Shown: positions 56,219 through 63,824, counted from the stretch's first letter. The stretch is DNA of 64,000 nt from Clostridia bacterium (GCA_018432615.1 JAHDSQ010000031.1:6009-70008), one strand, 5' to 3'. Made by a program: numbers and translations. Notes: generated by a model from the sequence alone, not told the origin.

Positions 56219-56251
56219 TTAATCTTAGCAATCGGAAATGAGGTATTTGTT

Positions 56252-58933
56252 TTGGGTTTCATTGACCGTTTAGCATCTGTCACAATCAAAACAGAAGGAA
56301 ACAAACCATTGCTTTTAACCGACTCTAAAGTCTGGCTGGTTAAAGAAGGCAAGGTCGATTTGTTTATCACCCGGACAGTCAACGAGGAAAGCGTAGGCAG
56401 CAGAAACTATCTGCTCACAGTTGACAAGGGGGAGATTTTCTGCGGACTAAAACCCATAAAAGCAGAAGATGAAGATTACGCCCTTCTGGCCGTGGGTCGT
56501 ACCGATACCTCGCTTTTGGAATTTAACCGTCATGAATTCACCCGGACAAAAACAAAGCCGGAACGTGATGAGATGGTCGGCTTCTTCAAGGAATGGATTA
56601 AAAAGTGGCAGGACTTGGGGCTTAAGGAAAACGGGGAATTTGATTGGGACAAAGATTTCGAGCCGGAAAAGCTGATGGAATACAATAGCCTTCTTTTTGC
56701 CGAGGGGCTCACAAGAATGCTTGAGGCCAGAAAAGAAGAGGTTTTGAGGATAAAAGCAAAACGTGCCCAGGATGAAGCCCGCATGAGTAGCGGATTGAAA
56801 AGACTGGCCGATACCTTAAACATTGGGGTACAAGTAAGTCAGGAAGCAGAAGAATACCACAGCGATAATCTGCTCTTTAAGGCTTGTGTGGCTGTGGGAA
56901 AGGCCAAGAAAATAACTATTCTTCCTTCCCATGGTCTGCGAAAAAACAAGCCTGATTCAAAAGACCTCTTGGGGGATATAGCCAGGGCCTCCCAAATTCG
57001 AATCAGAAAGATCATTTTAAAGGAAAACTGGTGGAAAGAAGATAACGGAGCCCTCCTTGTTTACAGGGAGGCCGACAAGCAGCCTTTGGCCCTTTTACCC
57101 GTATCTCCTTCCAAATATAAATTATATGACCCGGCTGAAGGCAGCCAGGTTATGGTGGATCAGGCGGTGGCGGATACGATAGATGCCCAAGCCTATACCT
57201 TCTATCGCCCGTTGCCGGCTAAGGCCATTGGGTATAAGGACCTTCTCAAGTATTTGGCGGATGGGATTTGGAAGTCGGACGTGATTACCGTATTGGTGAT
57301 GGGCTCACTGGGGGGGTTGTTGGGAGCTTTGACACCGGTAGTAACAGGAATTATTTTCGACAGCGTAATTCCTGACGGGGAAAGACTGCTATTAAGTCAA
57401 ATCGGCTTTTTACTCATTGCTATCGCTATTTCCTCCTTTGCCTTTGATTTAACCAGGTCATTCGCCTTGCACAGGATAGAAGGACGAACGGAAAGCGACT
57501 TGCAAGCTGCGGTTTGGGATCGTCTCTTGAGCCTGCCGGTACCTTTTTTTAAAGACTACACAGCAGGGGAGTTGGCCGGTCGTGCTATGGGTATCAGTCA
57601 AATCCGAAGTATCCTGTCGGGTGCGGCAGTAAATTCCATTATCTCGGGAATCTTCGCGATATTTTATTTTATCCTCTTGTTTTATTATAGCTGGATATTG
57701 GCCTTGATTGCTACGGCTATCGTAGCCGTCAATATGGGGGTATCCCTCTTATTCGGCTATCTGCAAATACGCTATGAACGTCAGCTGATCGATCTGAATA
57801 ACAGCCTGGCAGGAAAGATATTCGGCCTCTTAACCGGTATCAATAAAATCAAAACATCCGGATCGGAAAAGCGGGCTTTTCATAACTGGGCCACGGACTT
57901 CGGTCAGGTTAGGGACGTTACATACCGTAAAGAGACCCTGGGCAACAGAATGGCCGTTTTTAATTCTACGATAAATATCATTGCTACCGGGATTATCTTT
58001 TTCGCCTTAATAAGGGTCAGCGGAATCAACTTAGGCGCCGGTAAGTTTATTGCCTTTAACGCGGCCTTTTCAAGCTATTTGGGTGCCGTACTGCAAATAT
58101 CAGGCGTGGTTCTCCAACTCAATATCGTTAAACCCTTATATGAAAGGGTCAAACCGATTTTGGTGACCTTGCCCGAATTTGACGTTGATAAGGCCGATCC
58201 CGGGGAACTCGAAGGTAGTATTGAAGTGAAGCATGTGAACTTCCGCTACTATCCGGAGGGGCCTTTGGTTCTGAATGATATTGTTTTGGAAATCAAAAAG
58301 GGAGATTATGTGGGCATCGTCGGGACTTCCGGCAGTGGGAAGTCTACTCTGTTCAGATTGTTGCTCGGCTTTGAAAAAGCGGAGTCAGGTCAGATTTTTT
58401 ATGACCAGCATGACTTGGAGAAAGTGGATATCCGTTCTATTCGTCGTCAGTTAGGGGTTGTGTTACAAAGCGGTCAGTTGATGCATGGCAGTATTTTCGA
58501 CAATATTGTTGCTGCAGGTATCGGTTTGACCATGGATGATGCCTGGGAAGCGGCACGGATGGCTGGGATGGAAGAAGATATCAAGGGTATGCCTATGGGC
58601 ATGCATACCATGGTCAGCACAGACGGAGGCACACTTTCCGGCGGACAGCGGCAACGGCTGCTTATTGCCCGGGCTATTATCTCCAAGCCGAAAATCATTT
58701 ATTTCGACGAGGCTACCAGTGCTTTGGACAACAGAACCCAAAAAATTGTCAGTGAAAGCCTGGGCGGTTTAGGTGCTACCAGAGTCGTTATTGCCCATCG
58801 TCTGAGCACGATTGCTAACTGCAATAGGATTATCGTTATGGATAAAGGGCGGATTGTAGAGCAAGGCAATTATCAGGAACTGCTTGAGCAAGGCGGCCTC
58901 TTTACCCAACTGGTGAAGAGACAGCTAGCCTAA
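56252..58933 (+). CDS. Second bacteriocin export ABC permease/ATPase with an N-terminal cyclic-nucleotide-binding-like domain (TIGR03797-like)
   Basis: The N-terminal beta-barrel-like region (VWLVKEGKVDLFITR...GEIFCGL) is followed by a ~200-aa linker and a 6-TM domain. Walker A GTSGSGKST, signature LSGGQRQR and Walker B IYFDEATS. Confidence 0.85.
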   Translation: MGFIDRLASVTIKTEGNKPLLLTDSKVWLVKEGKVDLFITRTVNEESVGSRNYLLTVDKGEIFCGLKPIKAEDEDYALLAVGRTDTSLLEFNRHEFTRTKTKPERDEMVGFFKEWIKKWQDLGLKENGEFDWDKDFEPEKLMEYNSLLFAEGLTRMLEARKEEVLRIKAKRAQDEARMSSGLKRLADTLNIGVQVSQEAEEYHSDNLLFKACVAVGKAKKITILPSHGLRKNKPDSKDLLGDIARASQIRIRKIILKENWWKEDNGALLVYREADKQPLALLPVSPSKYKLYDPAEGSQVMVDQAVADTIDAQAYTFYRPLPAKAIGYKDLLKYLADGIWKSDVITVLVMGSLGGLLGALTPVVTGIIFDSVIPDGERLLLSQIGFLLIAIAISSFAFDLTRSFALHRIEGRTESDLQAAVWDRLLSLPVPFFKDYTAGELAGRAMGISQIRSILSGAAVNSIISGIFAIFYFILLFYYSWILALIATAIVAVNMGVSLLFGYLQIRYERQLIDLNNSLAGKIFGLLTGINKIKTSGSEKRAFHNWATDFGQVRDVTYRKETLGNRMAVFNSTINIIATGIIFFALIRVSGINLGAGKFIAFNAAFSSYLGAVLQISGVVLQLNIVKPLYERVKPILVTLPEFDVDKADPGELEGSIEVKHVNFRYYPEGPLVLNDIVLEIKKGDYVGIVGTSGSGKSTLFRLLLGFEKAESGQIFYDQHDLEKVDIRSIRRQLGVVLQSGQLMHGSIFDNIVAAGIGLTMDDAWEAARMAGMEEDIKGMPMGMHTMVSTDGGTLSGGQRQRLLIARAIISKPKIIYFDEATSALDNRTQKIVSESLGGLGATRVVIAHRLSTIANCNRIIVMDKGRIVEQGNYQELLEQGGLFTQLVKRQLA

Positions 58934-58969
58934 GAGAACTTTGTTACCGGGAGAAGAGGTGAGCGGAAC

Positions 58970-59515
58970 TTGAATAAAATCGGCAGTCCTTTGGTTGTGG
59001 CGGAAGAATCCGACAGTATTTCCAAGCTGTATCGTGACTACTATCCAAAGCTGTATAAATATACCCTTTACCGGGTAGGCGATTCAGCCACGGCAGAAGA
59101 CTTGGTCAGTGAGGTGTTTACCAAAATGCTGGCCAAATATCACACATATAACCCGGAGCGGGGTAAGTTCAGCACATGGCTTTTTACCATAGCGAATAAT
59201 ACAATTATTAATTACCATAATAAAAATCGCCATTATACTTCCATTGAGCCAAAACAGGCAGATCATAGGAATCCGCCGGAGGATGCGGTTATGAAGAAAG
59301 AATTAAAACATATGCTGGTTCAGGCAGTCATGAAGCTGGATGGGCGCCAGCGAAGCATAATTGCCCTTAAATTCGGTGCTTGTGAGACCAACCGGGAGAT
59401 TGCCCGGATGCTGAATCTGACGGAAAGCAATGTGGGAACGATCCTCTATCGAGCATTACAGCAATTACGGGATATTTTAAAGGAACAAGGCGTAGTGTAT
59501 GATTCGGAAATATAA
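58970..59515 (+). CDS. ECF-type sigma-70 family sigma factor
   Basis: Region 2 (YRDYYPKLYKYTLYRVGDSATAEDLVSEVF...FSTWLFTIANNTIINYH) and region 4 (RQRSIIALKF..ETNREIARMLNLTESNVGTILYRALQQLR). TTG start 6 nt after GAGGTGAG, 36 nt after the ABC gene. Confidence 0.85.
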   Translation: MNKIGSPLVVAEESDSISKLYRDYYPKLYKYTLYRVGDSATAEDLVSEVFTKMLAKYHTYNPERGKFSTWLFTIANNTIINYHNKNRHYTSIEPKQADHRNPPEDAVMKKELKHMLVQAVMKLDGRQRSIIALKFGACETNREIARMLNLTESNVGTILYRALQQLRDILKEQGVVYDSEI

Positions 59516-59530
59516 GCTGAGGTGAGGCCA

Positions 59531-59773
59531 ATGAAGGAAAAACCATCAAAACCGTTTCTGACGGCTGTGGATAAGATTGTATCCGGCAGGCGGCTGAAAC
59601 CGTCAGAATATGAGCAACACGACAAAGAAGATCAAGAACTGCTTTCTCTTGCGCAGGTGCTGGCGGAGGGGGTTTCAGCTGTGCAAAACGATGAATTGGC
59701 AGACGATGAGCTGGATATGGTGGCGGGGGGCGTAAACCCCAACGCATTACCCAACAAAAAAGATAAGCCTTAA
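59531..59773 (+). CDS. Small soluble protein in the anti-sigma position, carrying a double-glycine leader-type motif (..DDELDMVAGG / VNPNALPNKKDKP)
   Basis: It starts 6-15 nt after the sigma stop (GTG 59522 or ATG 59531 after GAGGTGAGG). There is no TM segment and no zinc-finger Cys/His. Residues just before GG match the (D/E)(D/E)xL(D/E)xVAGG ends of the six precursors in this locus. Confidence 0.55.
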   Translation: MKEKPSKPFLTAVDKIVSGRRLKPSEYEQHDKEDQELLSLAQVLAEGVSAVQNDELADDELDMVAGGVNPNALPNKKDKP

Positions 59774-59788
59774 TTGATATTAGAAAAA

Positions 59789-59820
59789 TATGTGGAAAAA
59801 TGTGTGGAAAATCTGTGATA
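59789..59820 (+). promoter_or_regulatory. TGTG(A/G) direct-repeat motif upstream of the HExxH gene
   Basis: ATATGTGGAAAAATGTGTGGAAAATCTGTGATA. Confidence 0.3.
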
Positions 59821-59893
59821 CTTTTGCCGCTGGCTTGTATAAGTAAACAGGAAAGGTAAAAACGAGACCGGAAGCGACGATGGGAAGAAAGGG

Positions 59894-60928
59894 GTGTCTG
59901 CTATTATGCCCGGATTAAAGTTATTAAAGGAAAATCATTTTACGCATACCGAGTCCTTATCCCGGGAGCAGATGCCTCTTGCGGACGAGCTTTTTGTGCA
60001 AGCCTGGGAAGATTATATCCGAAACATACCCGGTTTGGGCGTCTTGGGAGCCTTGCAGCAAGGACTGGTCCAGCTTTGTTTCCCAATCCGGGAGGGAATG
60101 AGTACCAATCAAGATTACCTGCAGGCAACCCGCCGGGGGGCCAATCCGACAGAATTTGAAAGTGCTGAGGGTATCAGACTTGAGAATTCGGAGGGGCTGA
60201 AGGTTTATTTATATCAGACTCCGGCAGGCCGAATTCCTGTCTTGGAAACTAAAAGCCGCCGGGATTTTGAATCCCTAATCCGGGCTATATGTTACAAAAA
60301 TGAACCGATTGCTATCCCCGCGTCCCTGGGAGCCTTTATGATCAAAGGATACAACAATTGGGACAGGGTAGCCCGGTATAAGCGAAAGTGCGGACAGTCC
60401 TTTGACTTTAATTATATGAAAGCCAACCGGGAGCTATATCAAGACACCTTCCTCATTTTGACCGATGCCGAATACAGCGGTGTAGCGGCAGAGATGTTGG
60501 GGATGGCGAAAGAGGAATGGCGCAGGCTGTCCTTAATAATCCGCAGGGAGCATGAAGCCACCCATTATTTTACCCAGCGCTTTCTTGGCTCCGCCAAGAA
60601 TCATCCTCTTGATGAGTTTATCGCTGATTATATGGGTATAGTAGCCGCCCTCGGCTACTATCGAGCAGACTGGTTTCTTTGTTTTATGGGACTGGAGGAA
60701 TACCCCGCTTTCCGAGCGGGAGGTCGGTTGACCAATTACCTGGAAAACAAAGAATTATCTCAGAGGGAATTTGACGAATTAAAGAGTTGTCTCAAAAGAG
60801 CGGCTGAAAACGTCGAAAGGCTTGGCACAGAGAACCCCGATATTTATTCTCCCCAAGGCAGGTATGAAATGCTGCTGCGTTTGTCCCAAAGTAATTTGTT
60901 AGCTTTGGCTGAAAACCTTTTTACATAA
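59894..60928 (+). CDS. Hypothetical protein with an HExxH motif (possible metallopeptidase)
   Basis: 344 aa, with REHEATHYF (HEATH) about 110 aa from the C-terminus and an acidic residue downstream (HPLDEFIADY). No signal peptide or TM segment. Family not recognised. Confidence 0.4.
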   Translation: MSAIMPGLKLLKENHFTHTESLSREQMPLADELFVQAWEDYIRNIPGLGVLGALQQGLVQLCFPIREGMSTNQDYLQATRRGANPTEFESAEGIRLENSEGLKVYLYQTPAGRIPVLETKSRRDFESLIRAICYKNEPIAIPASLGAFMIKGYNNWDRVARYKRKCGQSFDFNYMKANRELYQDTFLILTDAEYSGVAAEMLGMAKEEWRRLSLIIRREHEATHYFTQRFLGSAKNHPLDEFIADYMGIVAALGYYRADWFLCFMGLEEYPAFRAGGRLTNYLENKELSQREFDELKSCLKRAAENVERLGTENPDIYSPQGRYEMLLRLSQSNLLALAENLFT

Positions 60929-60984
60929 ATGATTACGTGAAGGGAGGGTTGAAAAGAAGCGTATTACGGAAAGATTGAATAATT

Positions 60985-61020
60985 CGTGTGAAGTTTGAAA
61001 AGCATGTGAACCTATGAAAA
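60985..61020 (+). promoter_or_regulatory. TGTGA direct-repeat motif upstream of precursor 4
   Basis: CGTGTGAAGTTTGAAAAGCATGTGAACCTATGAAAA. The TTGAAA(A)GCATGT part also occurs at 43962..43975, upstream of precursor 1. Confidence 0.3.
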
Positions 61021-61037
61021 AGAAAGGATGGATCGAA

Positions 61038-61394
61038 GTGGCAACAAATTTTGAATTATTGCAGGCAAAACTGGAGGCAGACCCGGCTTTTGGGAAAAAA
61101 CTGATTGAACTGGAAACGGCAGAGGAAGCCCAAAGAATCTTAAAAGCAGAAGGAATGGAATTTACAGTGGAAGAGCTCAACTCTTTTGCTGAGGCGGTAA
61201 ACAAATACGGGGACAGCGAGGGCGAGCTTTCCGACGAAGCCCTGGAGGGCGTAGCCGGCGGTGTTGCTCTGGCCACCGTTGCGGCAGCGGCGACACTTTT
61301 CTCAATTGGCGATAGTATGACCGGCGGCCATGTCAGGAGAGCAGTTTCCAGCGGGGTCAGACGGGCGGCCAGGCGTATTTTCAGAGGTTGGTAA
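61038..61394 (+). CDS. Long Nif11-like leader RiPP precursor 4 (43-aa core VALATVAAAATLFSIGDSMTGGHVRRAVSSGVRRAARRIFRGW)
   Basis: Leader ATNFELLQAKLEADPAFGKKLIELETAEEAQRILKAEGMEFTVEEL...ELSDEALEGVAGG. The GTG at 61038 sits 6-8 nt after AAAGGATGG. The track start ATG 61014 lies inside a conserved upstream motif that reads GTG in the sister copy. Confidence 0.8.
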   Translation: MATNFELLQAKLEADPAFGKKLIELETAEEAQRILKAEGMEFTVEELNSFAEAVNKYGDSEGELSDEALEGVAGGVALATVAAAATLFSIGDSMTGGHVRRAVSSGVRRAARRIFRGW

Positions 61395-61413
61395 GCAGAG
61401 TAAAGTAAAAAAA

Positions 61414-61431
61414 CATGTGAATCTGTGAAAA
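61414..61431 (+). promoter_or_regulatory. TGTGA direct-repeat motif upstream of precursor 5
   Basis: CATGTGAATCTGTGAAAA. Confidence 0.3.
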
Positions 61432-61448
61432 AGAAAGGATGGATTGAA

Positions 61449-61805
61449 ATGGCGACAAGTTTTGAATTATTACAGGCGAAACTGGAGGCAGACCCGGCTT
61501 TTGGGAAAAAACTCGTTGAACTGGAAACGGCAGAGGAAGCCCAAAGCTTCTTAAAAGCAGAAGGCTTGGAATTCACGGTGGAAGAGCTTAAGTCTTTTGC
61601 TGAGGCGGTAAACAAATACGGGGACAGCGATGGCGAGCTTTCCGAAGAAGCCTTAGAAGGCGTAGCCGGCGGTGTTGCCCTTGCCACCGTTGCAGCGACG
61701 GCGACGATAGTGTCGGTTACTGATGATATGACCGGCGGTCATGTCAGAAGAACTGTTTCCAGTGGTGTCAGGCGGGCGGCCAGGCGCGTTTTCAGAGGGT
61801 GGTAA
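61449..61805 (+). CDS. Long Nif11-like leader RiPP precursor 5 (core VALATVAATATIVSVTDDMTGGHVRRTVSSGVRRAARRVFRGW)
   Basis: Tandem paralogue of precursor 4. The ATG at 61449 follows the same RBS; the track start is GTG 61425. Confidence 0.8.
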   Translation: MATSFELLQAKLEADPAFGKKLVELETAEEAQSFLKAEGLEFTVEELKSFAEAVNKYGDSDGELSEEALEGVAGGVALATVAATATIVSVTDDMTGGHVRRTVSSGVRRAARRVFRGW

Positions 61806-61823
61806 GGACTGGACAAGCGATAG

Positions 61824-61841
61824 ATGTGTGAAACTGTGAAT
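61824..61841 (+). promoter_or_regulatory. TGTGA direct-repeat motif upstream of precursor 6
   Basis: ATGTGTGAAACTGTGAAT. Confidence 0.3.
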
Positions 61842-61904
61842 ATTTGAATTTTCGCGGATTCAGTATGATTCGAATAGTGAAAAATGAGGGTTGGAGGGGA
61901 AAAT

Positions 61905-62279
61905 ATGGAAAACCAAATTTTATCGACCTTAGAGTTGAATGAATTAATCGGCAAGAAAGCGGCTGAAGACGAAGCATTTCGACTTGCTTTGTTAAGCGAT
62001 CCCAAAGCGGCTTTGGAAAAGGAATTGGGAGTGGTGATTCCGGAAGATATTAAAATAGAGGTGCATGTGGAAAGCATGAAGTCCCTGCATCTGATTATAC
62101 CGCCTGCCAATACCGACGAACTGACGGATGATGATCTGGAATCGGTCGCCGGCGGTGCCGCCTCTTTTAGGCCGGATGTAATAATGATGTATGCCGTGCG
62201 TCCGCCTTCTGATTTCAAAAAAGGTGGCGGAACCGGGAGTCCGGCCTGGCGAGTAGCATTAGAAAAATTCAGAAAATGA
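61905..62279 (+). CDS. NHLP (nitrile-hydratase-like) leader RiPP precursor 6 (40-aa Cys-free core AASFRPDVIMMYAVRPPSDFKKGGGTGSPAWRVALEKFRK)
   Basis: The leader LIGKKAAEDEAFRLALLSDPKAALEKELGVVIPEDIKIEVHVESMKSLHLIIPP....LTDDDLESVAGG fits the NHLP pattern (TIGR03793 as I recall). The ATG at 61905 follows GGAGGGG; the track start at 61884 is less likely. Confidence 0.85.
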   Translation: MENQILSTLELNELIGKKAAEDEAFRLALLSDPKAALEKELGVVIPEDIKIEVHVESMKSLHLIIPPANTDELTDDDLESVAGGAASFRPDVIMMYAVRPPSDFKKGGGTGSPAWRVALEKFRK

Positions 62280-63823
62280 TAATCCAACGACCGATAACAG
62301 CAGTTTGGGAGATTACCATGGGTTGCAACATGCGCTGCAAACACTGCGGCTCTGCCTGCCATGACGTTCTCCCGGGAGAGTTGACGACAACAGAAGCCCT
62401 GCGGTTATGCGATGATATTGGCAAGCTTGGGATGAAGTGGATTACTTTATCCGGCGGTGAGCCGACCACCCGGAAAGACTGGCCGGACATTGCCGGAAGG
62501 TTGAAGGAGCGGGGTGTGGCTACCACTATAATTACCAATGGATGGCTCTTTGACGAGGTAATTCTGGAACAGGCAATTCAGGCCGGAGTCGCTACCATAG
62601 GCTTCAGCCTGGACGGCCTTCAGGAAACACACGATTTCATGCGCCGGGAGGGTTCTTACCAAAAGATTATGAAGGCTATTGAACTGTGCCTTAGCAGAAA
62701 CATGCACGCTACCGCCATTACCACGGTCAATAAAAAGAACCTGGGCGAGCTGGACAGGATAAAACAAGAATTGGCGGACAGAGGGGTCAAGGAATGGCAG
62801 GTTCAGATGGGTTGTCCCATGGGCAATATGGCTGAACACGACGATTTAGTCTTAGAGCCTACTGATATGGATACGATTATTGATTTGGCTTATCGGTGTA
62901 TGCAGGAGTCTTCGCTTAAAATCAACCTGGGTGACTGTGTCGGCTACTATAGTCTGCAAGAAATACAGATGGCCAAATACAGCCGGGAAAGCATCTATTG
63001 CCCTCAGTGTACTGCCGGAAAATATACCTTCGGTATCCTGCATAACGGGGATATTGTGGGATGTACTTCCATCAGGGATCCTGAGTTTACGGAAGGTAAT
63101 ATCAGGAAAACTCCCCTGAAAGAGATCTGGGAGAATCCGGACAGTTTCAGATGGAGCCGCACCATGAAAAAAGAAGACCTGCAGGGTTTTTGCGGAGTAT
63201 GTCGTTTTGCCGATGATTGCCTGGGCGGGTGTCCGAATTCCAGGTTAACCATGGGAGGCAGCATTTACGCAGAAAATCGTTACTGTTCTTATTTTCAGGC
63301 CGTTCAGAAAAGAATTCGCATCTTTGAAGAAATACAGGATTTCGACGAACTGGCGGCAATGGGCCGAAGCTTTACGGAAAAAGGATACTGGCAGTTGGCT
63401 GAAACCGCATTAAGCGTGGCCCTGGGCAGGCAAGGTGCGGATAGCGATTCTGGGCTTTTGAGCCATTATGGGTATGTGAATTTCAGGCTAGGTAATTATC
63501 ATGTTGCCCTGGAAGCAAACGAGAAGCTGTTGCAAAGAAGCCCTACTGATGTATACGGACTTAAAGGAAAAGGATTGTGCTTACTACGTATGGGTAAGAC
63601 GGAAGAGGGAATCGAACTGCTGAAAAGGGCTATGGCTTTGACGGATGAAAGCTTTATGGATCCCTATTATGATTTGGCTATTGCCTTGTCGGAAATAGGT
63701 CGTGAGAAGGAAGCAATGGCAGTTCTTGAAGAAGGCCGTAAGAAGTCGGAGGGCTTTGTGGACCAAAGCGAGGATTTGTATCAGAAGTTGGCGGATAGTG
63801 CTAAAAAAGCTGTGGGGGTTTAG
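62276..63823 (+). CDS. Radical SAM / SPASM-domain peptide maturase with a C-terminal TPR domain
   Basis: GCNMRCKHCG (CxxxCxxC) at the N-terminus. SPASM-type Cys set CPQC...GCTS...GFCGVCRFADDCLGGCPNS. The last ~170 aa are TPR-like (YWQLAETALSVAL..., NYHVALEANEKLLQ..., GKTEEGIELLKRAMAL...). Its start ATG overlaps the precursor stop (ATGA at 62276..62279). Confidence 0.85.
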   Translation: MIIQRPITAVWEITMGCNMRCKHCGSACHDVLPGELTTTEALRLCDDIGKLGMKWITLSGGEPTTRKDWPDIAGRLKERGVATTIITNGWLFDEVILEQAIQAGVATIGFSLDGLQETHDFMRREGSYQKIMKAIELCLSRNMHATAITTVNKKNLGELDRIKQELADRGVKEWQVQMGCPMGNMAEHDDLVLEPTDMDTIIDLAYRCMQESSLKINLGDCVGYYSLQEIQMAKYSRESIYCPQCTAGKYTFGILHNGDIVGCTSIRDPEFTEGNIRKTPLKEIWENPDSFRWSRTMKKEDLQGFCGVCRFADDCLGGCPNSRLTMGGSIYAENRYCSYFQAVQKRIRIFEEIQDFDELAAMGRSFTEKGYWQLAETALSVALGRQGADSDSGLLSHYGYVNFRLGNYHVALEANEKLLQRSPTDVYGLKGKGLCLLRMGKTEEGIELLKRAMALTDESFMDPYYDLAIALSEIGREKEAMAVLEEGRKKSEGFVDQSEDLYQKLADSAKKAVGV

Positions 63824-63824
63824 C

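Larger units (their letters stand above)
61001..61822 (+). repeat. Tandem duplication (2 x 411 nt) of upstream motif + RBS + precursor gene
   Basis: The track starts at 61014 and 61425 and the stops at 61394 and 61805 are both offset by exactly 411 nt. The upstream sequence CATGTGAA(C/T)CT(A/G)TGAAAAAGAAAGGATGGAT is conserved. Confidence 0.9.

Noticed and set aside
60899-61687. 262-aa minus-strand ORF spanning both tandem precursor genes
   Set aside because: It is antisense to two well-supported, RBS-preceded Nif11-type precursor genes. Its Ala/Ser/Pro-rich internally repeated sequence simply mirrors the 411-nt duplication, and there is no RBS or recognisable domain.
61739-62362. 207-aa minus-strand ORF opposite the NHLP precursor and the rSAM start
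   Set aside because: It is antisense to a precursor/maturase pair that is translationally coupled on the plus strand. Its composition is low-complexity and no motif is present.
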